DNA from: Promethearchaeota archaeon
Lineage (GTDB): Archaea; Asgardarchaeota; Lokiarchaeia; Sigyniarchaeales; SOKP01
NCBI GenBank assembly: GCA_019058365.1
Contig: JAHPZE010000029.1
Coordinates: 1 to 56,371, forward strand
DNA: 56,371 bases
Direction: 5' to 3'
Of this stretch, positions 39,355 through 48,600 are shown in pieces; the stretch's first letter is position 1, and the number at the start of each line of letters is the position of its first letter. The position numbers were made by a program, and so were the translations under genes. A model generated the notes under the pieces. That model saw only the letters and a list, made by a program, of their open reading frames with translations, had not been told where the DNA came from and ran no database searches.

Positions 39355-39750
39355 ATGGAGAACTTAAGTAATAGTGTGATATTTCCCAAAGGAGATAAAG
39401 CTACAAGCGCTTACTTTACGGGGAATGTGTGGGTTCAAATGCTAGTTACTGAAGAAGTTTTTAATTGTCCAGTATACAATGTAACCTTTGAACCAAAAGC
39501 AAGGACTAAATGGCATTCACATCCAGGGGGCCAAATTCTTCTTGTTACAGGAGGTAAAGGATATTATCAAGAAGAAGGAAAGCCAGCACAATCGCTTCAA
39601 GAAGGAGATGTTGTGAAAATACCACCAAATGTGAAACATTGGCATGGGGCATCAAAAGAGAGTTGGTTTGTTCATGTTGGTATTAGTACGAATCCTAATT
39701 TAGGAAATGCTGAATGGCACGGTCCAGTAACAGAGGAGGAATATCAATGA
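39355..39750 (+). CDS. Cupin-domain protein
   Basis: VTFEP.ART.WHSHPGGQ.L; VKHWHGA. Confidence 0.9.
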   Translation: MENLSNSVIFPKGDKATSAYFTGNVWVQMLVTEEVFNCPVYNVTFEPKARTKWHSHPGGQILLVTGGKGYYQEEGKPAQSLQEGDVVKIPPNVKHWHGASKESWFVHVGISTNPNLGNAEWHGPVTEEEYQ

Positions 39751-39803
39751 AAGTAGCAATCTTCAAAGGTAAGGGTAAGATCGTGGTCGAGGAACGACTA
39801 TGA
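39747..39803 (+). pseudogene. 5' remnant of a Zn-dependent (MDR) alcohol dehydrogenase
   Basis: ATGA overlap with the cupin stop; reads MKVAIFKGKGKIVVEERL*, typical of an MDR N-terminus. Confidence 0.55.
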
Positions 39804-39903
39804 CTAGTTAAAATCTAACATTCTTGTCTTTAGAAAGGGTAAATATCATTTAAGTCTGTAAAAAGAAGTTAATTATTAAAAAATAAGAAAATGATTTAAT
39901 TCA

Positions 39904-41040
39904 TTAAAATCCTAGCAAAAAGCTATTCCCTAAATGCACATGTTTTAAATATTTTTTCGCTGTTTCAAGGCACTTTTCTGCTTGTTTTCGAGGAGTAATT
40001 CCTAAATCTCGCATCTGATAATCTCCATGGAATACTAATAAACTATATGGTATTTCCCTGTTTATAGAGCTAACAAACTTCGCAATCTGTTCGACTTCTT
40101 CATGATTTGTATACCCTGGAACCATTAATGTACACGCACTCATCTCAGGTAAGTCTTTCCTTGTTCCAAAATAGTTTTCAGCTAAAAATTTAAAATTTTC
40201 TAACGTTCTCTTATTGCTAACTCCGCATAAAGCAAGATTTAATTTCTCATTATAGGTTTTTAAATCAAACTTGATATTGCCTCCAGTTTTAATAGCTATT
40301 TGCATGCATTTTTCAACCCAATCTTTATTTCCAGAACCATTCCACTCCCAACATATTCTAAATTTTCTTTTTTTATCTTGCTTTTCTATTTTGTCTAAAA
40401 TTAGTTCTGCTAAGTTAATAGAGAATGGTAATTGAGGTTCAGGGGTTCCCCCAAAATAGCATAGACAAGTGATCTTTTCATTTTTAACTATCTGATTAGC
40501 TAATATCTCAACATCGAATAAATTCCTTTTTGAAAAAAGCTTATGGCTGCTATTTTGACAGCCCAGACAATTGTACGAACATCCGTAAAAGAACGCCGCA
40601 TAACTATATGTGCCAAATTCAGGTCCTTTATAATCTGAAAACTCTGGGTAGCCAGATGAAGTTCCAGCAGGACAAAACCAGCTATTACAACAATTAGTTG
40701 GATTTAGATCTATATAACCATGAATGTATCCTCTTGATTTTGTTGGGTATGGTAATTGCCCCGAGTTTCTTAATTGAATATTTCTTAAACCACAATAGCT
40801 TACATCTCGTTCAGATAAAGAGCATTCATTAATACATAGATTGCATTTTAATTTTATATTTGGTCGTTCAGCTCTGGGAGGCTTTTCTGGGAGTTCTACA
40901 AGCTTGCGTACTTGTTTATGAACATTTAATATATGAGGTTTAACTTGACTCCAATCTCTTTCTAAAACACAATTTCTACATACTTGTAGAACCTCAGAGA
41001 TTACCCTCTCAGTTTTCCCGCAAAACTTACAAGTTCCCAT
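39904..41040 (-). CDS. Radical SAM protein (PFL-activating-enzyme-like archaeal family)
   Basis: CSYNCLGC (CxxxCxxC), YFGGTPEP, FDLK; N-terminal Cys clusters. Confidence 0.9.
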   Translation of the reverse strand: MGTCKFCGKTERVISEVLQVCRNCVLERDWSQVKPHILNVHKQVRKLVELPEKPPRAERPNIKLKCNLCINECSLSERDVSYCGLRNIQLRNSGQLPYPTKSRGYIHGYIDLNPTNCCNSWFCPAGTSSGYPEFSDYKGPEFGTYSYAAFFYGCSYNCLGCQNSSHKLFSKRNLFDVEILANQIVKNEKITCLCYFGGTPEPQLPFSINLAELILDKIEKQDKKRKFRICWEWNGSGNKDWVEKCMQIAIKTGGNIKFDLKTYNEKLNLALCGVSNKRTLENFKFLAENYFGTRKDLPEMSACTLMVPGYTNHEEVEQIAKFVSSINREIPYSLLVFHGDYQMRDLGITPRKQAEKCLETAKKYLKHVHLGNSFLLGF

Positions 41041-41042
41041 AT

Positions 41043-41702
41043 TTACACTTTTTTCTTTAATAATAAAAAGGTTTGGCCAGATTTTTGCATTGGATTATGC
41101 TTAACCATAAATCCTTCAAAACCATTATTAGTAAATGAATTATTAAACATTTTTAATTCAGTATCATCTTTAGGGTAAAATTCAATTATAATCCTTCCGT
41201 TAATTTTTAAAATTTTATTCAAATATTTCGCTGTGTCATGGAGAAGCTTAACTTTTTCTCCATCATTTTCCTTTCCATATATTATAAAATTGTATGATGA
41301 TATTGAGATTATCTGATTAACAGAATCGACTTTAATTGGTAAATAATTAATATCAGCTAAAATAAGTTCTAAACCTTTAGAAGTTTTAAAATTTTTTTTC
41401 TTTTCTCTCGCTTTTGATAACATATCATTAAGAATATCAATCCCTATAACTCTAAAGCCATTTTCGATCAAAATTTCTGATGAAAAACCTGTTCCACATC
41501 CTAAATCTAAAATTACTTGTGAATCACCCCTCTTATCCCTACTGTCCTCTCTATAATATAGGTTTTCATCGAAAAGATACTCAATACTGGATAGAGTAGA
41601 TCTTTTCTGATTGCGTTCCATCCATTTTGAACTATTATACTCTTCTGCTTTATTTTTAATATAATCTTCTGGAAATCTAGGGCGTCGATTTTTTCTTACC
41701 AA
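41043..41702 (-). CDS. Class I SAM methyltransferase, Bud23/WBSCR22-like
   Basis: ILDLGCGTGFS, IGIDI, IISISS, EFYP, GFEG motifs; N-terminal RP..PE.Y...A.EY. Confidence 0.75.
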   Translation of the reverse strand: MVRKNRRPRFPEDYIKNKAEEYNSSKWMERNQKRSTLSSIEYLFDENLYYREDSRDKRGDSQVILDLGCGTGFSSEILIENGFRVIGIDILNDMLSKAREKKKNFKTSKGLELILADINYLPIKVDSVNQIISISSYNFIIYGKENDGEKVKLLHDTAKYLNKILKINGRIIIEFYPKDDTELKMFNNSFTNNGFEGFMVKHNPMQKSGQTFLLLKKKV

Positions 41703-41814
41703 TGATCGATCACAAATGAAAAAATAATTTAAATATATAAATAACTAAACTCAATATATCATAAAAAAATAATTTTAGGTTAATTAAGACAATAAAAAGA
41801 TTTAGGGTTTGCTT

Positions 41815-42201
41815 ATGTCTGGAAAAAATACAATTCTTATCGTTGACGATGAGCCTGATATTGTCAACCTTACAGAAAAATTTTTAAAATTGGGGGATTT
41901 TGATACAATTACAAGCAGCAATGCGAAAGAGGCTATGAACATTATTGAAGAAAGCTATGATAAAATAGCCCTAATATTACTAGATATTATGATGCCTGGC
42001 CGAAGTGGGTATTCGGTTTTGGAGGAGGTCAAGAACAATGAAAAATATAAGGATATCCTTGTAGTTTTATTTACTGTTAAAAGTTTTAACGAGGATGTTC
42101 AAAAGGGTAAAAAATTAGGTGCTGATGCTTATATTACCAAACCATTTTCGGGGAAGGAACTTTTAATCAGAATAAAAGAGATATTAGAAAAGCGTAATTA
42201 A
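41815..42201 (+). CDS. Single-domain response regulator (CheY-like receiver)
   Basis: ILIVDDE, LLDIMMP, T, YITKPF. Confidence 0.95.
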   Translation: MSGKNTILIVDDEPDIVNLTEKFLKLGDFDTITSSNAKEAMNIIEESYDKIALILLDIMMPGRSGYSVLEEVKNNEKYKDILVVLFTVKSFNEDVQKGKKLGADAYITKPFSGKELLIRIKEILEKRN

Positions 42202-42473
42202 ACTTTTAAATTAGGTATCAAAGTTGTATATAAATAAATAGAGTATTAGTTGTATCTATTTTTTATTTCAAAATGATAATCTCATTAAGTATTATCCAAA
42301 CAGATATAAAAAAAGCTTTTTACAGCTGGAAAAAATTAGATTCATTATCGTTTTATGATTTTTTACTAAAATTTCAGAACTATTCTTATTTATCTAAAAA
42401 TTTTTAAACTACTTGAGTAAATTATCTTCATCTATTAGAAAATTAAAATAAAAAATTTAAAGAGCTAATTAAA

Positions 42474-43154
42474 ATGGTACTTGAAGCAGAACGTGATAAA
42501 ATTCCTTTTTTTAAGCAATATTTTTCTGTAATCATATTAGTTGCTAATATATTAGTATTTATATGGCAACTTTTAGATCCTACTGGACAAATGCACATAG
42601 AATACGCTTTTGTACCCGCGGATTTCTTTGCAGGTCGAAATTGGTGGACATTAATTACCTCAATGTTTATGCATGGTGATATTGTCCACATTTTTATGAA
42701 CATGTGGTTTTTCCTTGTAATAACTGATAATTGTGAACATGCAATGGGACATATTCTATATTTATTCACATATTTCATTTCAGGAATTTTTGGCAGTTTA
42801 CTTCACGCTGTGAGCTCTTTAATTATCCCTATAGCTGGATTTGACAATATTCCTTCTTTAGGAGCCTCTGGAGCAATATTTGGCCTTATGGGTGTTTATC
42901 TAATTCTTTACCCCAGCAATAAATTTTATATGCCATCAGTAACGGGCATGTCAATGCGAAGAGTAAGTGCTGGTTATTTTATATTAACTTATTTCATAGC
43001 TGAATTAATTTATGCTATTGTTTCGTTGATGAACCCATTTGGAGCGGGTCAGACAGCCCATTTTGCCCATGTAGGGGGATTCATTGCTGGAGCAATAATA
43101 GCTGGAATATATAAAGGAGTAAAAGGCACCTCATACAAAAAGAAATCAAAATAA
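42474..43154 (+). CDS. Rhomboid intramembrane serine protease
   Basis: TSMFMHG..HIFMNM, GASGA, AHVGG. Confidence 0.95.
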   Translation: MVLEAERDKIPFFKQYFSVIILVANILVFIWQLLDPTGQMHIEYAFVPADFFAGRNWWTLITSMFMHGDIVHIFMNMWFFLVITDNCEHAMGHILYLFTYFISGIFGSLLHAVSSLIIPIAGFDNIPSLGASGAIFGLMGVYLILYPSNKFYMPSVTGMSMRRVSAGYFILTYFIAELIYAIVSLMNPFGAGQTAHFAHVGGFIAGAIIAGIYKGVKGTSYKKKSK

Positions 43155-43263
43155 TCTCTTCAATTTCTATATATTCCTTTTTTTTTATAAAATCTTTTCA
43201 ATAGTGATTAATTTAGACTCTTAACAATTTAAATACCAAATATATTGCCTATAGAACAAAAAG

Positions 43264-44622
43264 ATGTCTACTCACATTGTAATTGTTGGAATGGGATATG
43301 TTGGAATTCCTATGGCGGCATTACTAGCAGATGTGGATGATTTCTACGTTACGGGAATTCAGCGTAGGTCTCAACGATCGGGATGGAAAATTGATTGGCT
43401 TAACCAAGGGAAAAATCCTTTTGAAGGTGAGGAACCTGGATTAGATGAGTTAATTGCTAGAGTAGTAAAAAATGGAAAATTTAAAGTGACTGATAAGTAT
43501 GATGATGTGGATAAAGCAGATTTTGTGTTAATTGATGTACAGACCCCGGTAGATGATAAACAAATCCCTAGATATGCATCTTTAAAAGATGTTTCGAAAC
43601 TGATTGCACCTCACCTAAAGAGAGGAGCTACGGTAATAATAGAATCGACTGTTGCTCCTGGAACTACAGATAATATTGTCCAGCCTATCTTAGAGAAGCA
43701 CAGTGGTATGAAAAGAGGCGTGGATTTCTATTTAGTTTTTTCTTTTGAACGAGTAATGCCCGGCAAATTAATTGAATACATTACAGATTTTCCAAGAGTT
43801 ATTGGGGGAGGATGTGAGAAAGCTAGTGAAAATGCTAAATTCTTATATGGAAAAGTGGTTAAAAAAGACCTACAAGTCACTGATACTCTTACAGCAGAAT
43901 TAACTAAAACAATAGAAAACACATATAGAGATGTAAATATCGCTTTTGCTAATGAGATGGCATTAGTTGCAGAAGATTTTGATAGAAATATCTTTGAAAT
44001 TATTGAGTTAATAAATTACAGGCATGACAGAATGATGCATTTCCCAGGTTCTGGCGTAGGAGGACACTGTCTTACAAAAGATCCGTGGTTATTAATGTAT
44101 GGATTAGAAACATATACAAAAAAGAAATATAATCCCAGAATTCTACCAACAGCAAGAAATTTAAACGAATTTATGCCTGAACATATGGTTGAGTTAATGG
44201 AGGATGCTCTTAAAGAAGTTGGAAAGCATGACAATTTAAAGATATCCCTTATGGGTGTTTCCTATAAAGCTGATTGTGACGATACAAGAAATACACCCTC
44301 AGAAAGAATTGTTGCATTATTACAAAGTAGATATCATTCTCATAACATAACATATATAGCTCATGATCCGTGGGTTAAAGAGAAAGATTATAAGGAAACA
44401 GAATTAACTGATGATATTGATAAAGCTGTTTCTGATACAGATGTTCTTATTTTTGCTACAAATCATAAAGAATATTATAATATTGATCTTGATGATTTAA
44501 GAAGGAAAGTAAGAACACCAATTATTATTGATGGTAGAAATATATTTAGCAAGAAAGTGGTTGAAGCCAAAGGATTTATCTATCGTAAAGTAGGAGAAGG
44601 TTCCAAGAATCTCAAAAAATAG
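43264..44622 (+). CDS. UDP-sugar (UDP-Glc/UDP-HexNAc) dehydrogenase, WecC/WbpA-like
   Basis: GMGYVG, IESTVAPG, ERVMPG, K..EN.YRDVNIAFANE, GGHCLTKDP. Confidence 0.93.
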   Translation: MSTHIVIVGMGYVGIPMAALLADVDDFYVTGIQRRSQRSGWKIDWLNQGKNPFEGEEPGLDELIARVVKNGKFKVTDKYDDVDKADFVLIDVQTPVDDKQIPRYASLKDVSKLIAPHLKRGATVIIESTVAPGTTDNIVQPILEKHSGMKRGVDFYLVFSFERVMPGKLIEYITDFPRVIGGGCEKASENAKFLYGKVVKKDLQVTDTLTAELTKTIENTYRDVNIAFANEMALVAEDFDRNIFEIIELINYRHDRMMHFPGSGVGGHCLTKDPWLLMYGLETYTKKKYNPRILPTARNLNEFMPEHMVELMEDALKEVGKHDNLKISLMGVSYKADCDDTRNTPSERIVALLQSRYHSHNITYIAHDPWVKEKDYKETELTDDIDKAVSDTDVLIFATNHKEYYNIDLDDLRRKVRTPIIIDGRNIFSKKVVEAKGFIYRKVGEGSKNLKK

Positions 44623-44645
44623 ATGATTAAAAAAAAGTTAGTTCG

Positions 44646-44711
44646 AATCTCAGAGTTCGTGCGGAACTCAAAATTAAATCCTACCATTTTATGATTTAAT
44701 TCTTTAAGATT
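44646..44711 (-). promoter_or_regulatory. Three-way-junction RNA element, copy B (candidate recoding/SECIS-like element)
   Basis: Minus strand: AAUCUUA/UGAGAUU closing stem; AAUUAAAUC/GAUUUAAUU hairpin with 12-nt loop AUAAAAUGGUAG; GAGUUC/GAACUC hairpin with loop CGCAC. Confidence 0.65.
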
Positions 44712-44717
44712 TTTGAA

Positions 44718-44855
44718 TCATTTGTTTTTTTCTTGATTTTCACGCATTTTTCGGAGTTTTTCTGCTCTTCTGTACCACATAGTTAACATATTTCAACTTG
44801 TACTATAGCAATCATCATCAAACTCAAAATCTAAATAATCTTCTTGTTCTTCCAT
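44718..44855 (-). CDS. Candidate small selenoprotein / UGA-readthrough peptide B (45 aa)
   Basis: MEEQEDYLDFEFDDDCYSTS-UGA-NMLTMWYRRAEKLRKMRENQEKNK*; AAGGT SD-like site upstream; in-frame TGA at 44795-44793. Confidence 0.55.
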
Positions 44856-45014
44856 CGTATAGCAACCTTTAATTATCTAATTCTTCTAAGAGAGATAAAA
44901 GATAAAAAAATGGTGATTATAAAAAATAAAGACTCTTACGTGAGAGAGAATTTTTTATAAAAAAATTGAAATTAGGTTTAATTATTAATAAACACAATTG
45001 AAAATTTTTGTTTT

Positions 45015-45081
45015 AATCTCGAATTCTTCACGGAATTCATAGGAATAGATTCTAATGTTTACCAATTCATTCCTTGAGATT
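45015..45081 (-). promoter_or_regulatory. Three-way-junction RNA element, copy A (candidate recoding/SECIS-like element)
   Basis: Minus strand: AAUCUC/GAGAUU closing stem; AGGAAUGAAUU/AAUCUAUUCCU hairpin with 12-nt loop GGUAAACAUUAG; GAAUUC/GAAUUC hairpin with loop CGUGAA. Confidence 0.65.
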
Positions 45082-45240
45082 ATTTATTTTTACTTTTACT
45101 TTTTTTCTTTTTTGACGTCGTTTTTTTATACTATTTATGCATGCTATAACGCCATCAATAATACCTCAACCAGTACAACGTGTTTCATTGGTATTAAAAT
45201 TACTAAGCTCATTTTCTAATTTACTTTTCCATTCTGACAT
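45067..45240 (-). CDS. Candidate small selenoprotein / UGA-readthrough peptide A (57 aa, CxxU)
   Basis: MSEWKSKLENELSNFNTNETRCTG-UGA-GIIDGVIACINSIKKRRQKRKKVKVKINNLKE*; in-frame TGA at 45168-45166. Confidence 0.6.
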
Positions 45241-45693
45241 TGTCTTGTTTAAACTTTAGAGTTTTTTAGATTAAAAAGCAATTCCGGAAATATATATATT
45301 TTTATTATGATTTTAAACCAAATTTACTTTAAATTTTTAATATTATAATCTAACTTTTATTTAACTTAAATTTTAAAAAAGTGAATAATTTGTTATTTCA
45401 AGTGTATTATTATATAACCACAATATCTAAAAAATATGACTATGGACCTTTAGAATAACATTATTACGGGAAATACGGTAAATGAAAATACTCGATGTAT
45501 ATATTTTCACTGTTATCAGCTTCCCAAAATAAAACTTTATTAATTTCAGAATATAACTCTAATCGTCTGACTATTTTTGAGTTTTCTAACATAAATATTA
45601 TACTTTATAATTAAATAAAATCCTTTTCTATTTCCAATAAATAGGAAATTTAATTTAGTTAATAAAGTTAATAATACTTTTAAAAATAAATTA

Positions 45694-48600
45694 TTAATTT
45701 TTGTCTAAAAGATTCTTTTCAAATATTGTTTTACAATACTTGCATTTAATTTTTTCTTGTGTTTCCTCCAGATTTTCAATAGTATCGCCACAATAAGGAC
45801 AGCGTAAAGATCTTAGTTTAAGGTTATAGGTTTTTTGAAATGTAATTTCAGCTAATTGCCATATATGAGTCATTACTCCCGTAACAGTAGAATTTTCCTC
45901 AGCAGCTACACTTAAAATTGCTGTATTCTTTCTTTCATTTACTTTAATTCTAATAATTATTTGTTCTCTATGACCCAACTCTGGATCAATATGTTGATCT
46001 TGAATTAGATAATAAATCTCTACAATTAAGGGCTCATTACTTTCGTAAATTGGTTCTGAGACCGATTTACCCGCCCATGCACCAACGGCTTCTCTTAAAA
46101 CATTGAAAGTACTGTTTGGATCAAGTTCCAACTCAGAGGATCTGGATGTACGAATCAATCTTTTGTCCTCAAAAATATTCTTTACCATTGCTACATTTTC
46201 TTCGCCAACGTTAGCAATGGGAGGACATTTTGACTCAACCACTAACGGATCTTTTAAAACCATTTTAGGCTTTCCATAAGCATCAAAATAAGTAGCAATA
46301 GGATGTACCGGAATTTTGCCACATATCATAGGCTCTAAATAAAAATCAATACTAATTGATTGATTAGGAGATATATTAGGAATTTCCGCACGATCACCTT
46401 TTTTGTATGTTCTAGGTTTAATATCAATAATTCTTATGTGTTCTGCAGCCATTTTAAGTTCGATTGCTAAGTCATTAATCGACATTTCGGTGGAATTATT
46501 AATTGCAACTTTATATCTAATTAAACCACCTACAAAATCCATACCTCGTTTTAATTCAATAGTTTCTGTTGTAATTTCTTTTGGAGTTATTTTAGTGTCT
46601 ATTAATCTTTTATTGAGAGATTCTACAAAATTATTTAAATCTATTTTATTAAATTTAACATTTAGCATCGGCATTAATAAGTTAGGAATGTAATCTTCAT
46701 TATTGTAAACAGGGATAATTTCCATCTTTCCTTTTTTAACTAATTGATAAGCAGCATGCCATTCACCTTTTACTGAGTTTGATTTCATTGAGTTTTCTGT
46801 ACAAAATAAAATAAAAATATTACATTTATCTAAAGTTTCTTCCATATATTCTACTATATTTTGTCCACTCCATTTTTCATAAAAATAAACTTTTTCTACT
46901 TCATCGAATTCCTCTAATAATTCTGCGATTTTAGGTATCTCAAAATAATCAAAGTCTAATGAAGAATAACTGAAGAATACATTCCTTTTTGCTCCTACTT
47001 TAGGAATCATAGGGGGGGAAATTATCTTTTCTTCCTCGATTTCCTTTTTTTCTATTCTTCGTTTTTCTCGAAGAGATACTTTTTTCTTCCACACTATCGC
47101 TCCACTTATAGCCATAATAAGGCTTATGCTAATAATGATAATTATTATAAGTCCGATAGGTAAAGGGGTTCCATCGGAAGGAATATCAGAAGTTTTAGTA
47201 ATTGAAACTTGTTGAAACCCTATATTTCCTGCGAGATCTTTAGCATAAAATCGAATAATTATATTTCCTTTGGGTAGTGAATCCCATAAAGTTTGATCAA
47301 TATTTCCTGTTAAACCCGTAAAAGTTACATTTTGAGACCAATGAGTGCCATCAAATAATGAATACCATGTGTAATTTATGATTCCATCCTCAATTATAGA
47401 AATACTAAAGTCAGGAGGATTTTGCCCAAATAAACTGTTCAAAGATGGAGAAAGAATAGAAATTACTGGATTTATCTCTTTAACAATCATTTTTATAGTG
47501 TCGGTAGCAAAATTATCGTAATCGTCCGTAAAATTGACTGTATAGAGATATTCGCCTACTAATAGACCGTTCGGAACATTGTACGTAATTGTCGTGTTGT
47601 TTAACCATGCGCTCGGATCTGTAACTATTCCAGATCCCTGAAGCTCAATCGTGTAAATGTTTGGATTTGAATCTGTTGCCGTCCACGAAATATTCACACC
47701 TGTATAGCCGTAATCAACGGTAAAATTGCTCGGAGCATTTGTTATTATCGGATCTTCTATTTCTGTAATAGTCATTTTTACAGTGTCGGTAGCAAAATTA
47801 TCGTAATCGTCCGTAAAATTGACTGTATAGAGATATTCGCCTACTAATAGACCGTTCGGAACATTGTACGTAATTGTCGTGTTGTTTAACCATGCGCTCG
47901 GATCTGTAACTATTCCAGATCCCTGAAGCTCAATCGTGTAAATGTTTGGATTTGAATCTGTTGCCGTCCACGAAATATTCACACCTGTATAGCCGTAATC
48001 AACGGTAAAATTGCTCGGAGCATTTGTTATTATCGGATCTTCTATTTCTGTAATAGTCATTTTTACAGTGTCGGTAGCAAAATTATCGTAATCGTCCGTA
48101 AAATTGACTGTATAGAGATATTCGCCTACTAATAGACCGCTCGGAACATTGTACGTAATTATTGTAGCGTCTAGCCATGCAATCGGACCTGCTACTATTC
48201 CAGATCCCTGTAGTTCAATTGTGTAAATGTTTGGATTTGAATCTGTTGCCGTCCACGAAAAACTTACCCCTGTGTAGCCATACTTAACAGTAAAATTGTT
48301 TGGGGCATTTGTTATTATCGGATCTACCATATCAACTCTCTTTCGGATTTGAATGACTGCCAAACCCGAGGGTCCATCTGCCATATAGGCGTAATCTCCG
48401 CTCACGTAAACGACATGTGCAGGTCCGGTCGTGGCTTCGTAGATGGGTGTTCCCGGGTTTGTCGGGTTGGAAATGTCAATGACCGCCAAGCCTGATTCCC
48501 TATCCGCCACATAGGCGTAATCTCCGCTCACGTAAACTCCATGTGCATATCCGGTCGTGTCTTCGTAGACGGGCGTCCCCGGGTTTGTCGGATCGGAAAT

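Noticed and set aside
44641-44651. GTTCGAATCTC resembling a tRNA T-loop or att site
   Set aside because: No complementary 5' T-stem strand or cloverleaf upstream; the sequence overlaps the end of the three-way-junction element.
44718-45240. Genome-wide reassignment of TGA to Trp/Gly as the explanation for the in-frame TGAs
   Set aside because: Many normal genes here end in TGA (e.g. 3744, 13214, 18996, 36386) and no long gene contains internal TGA.
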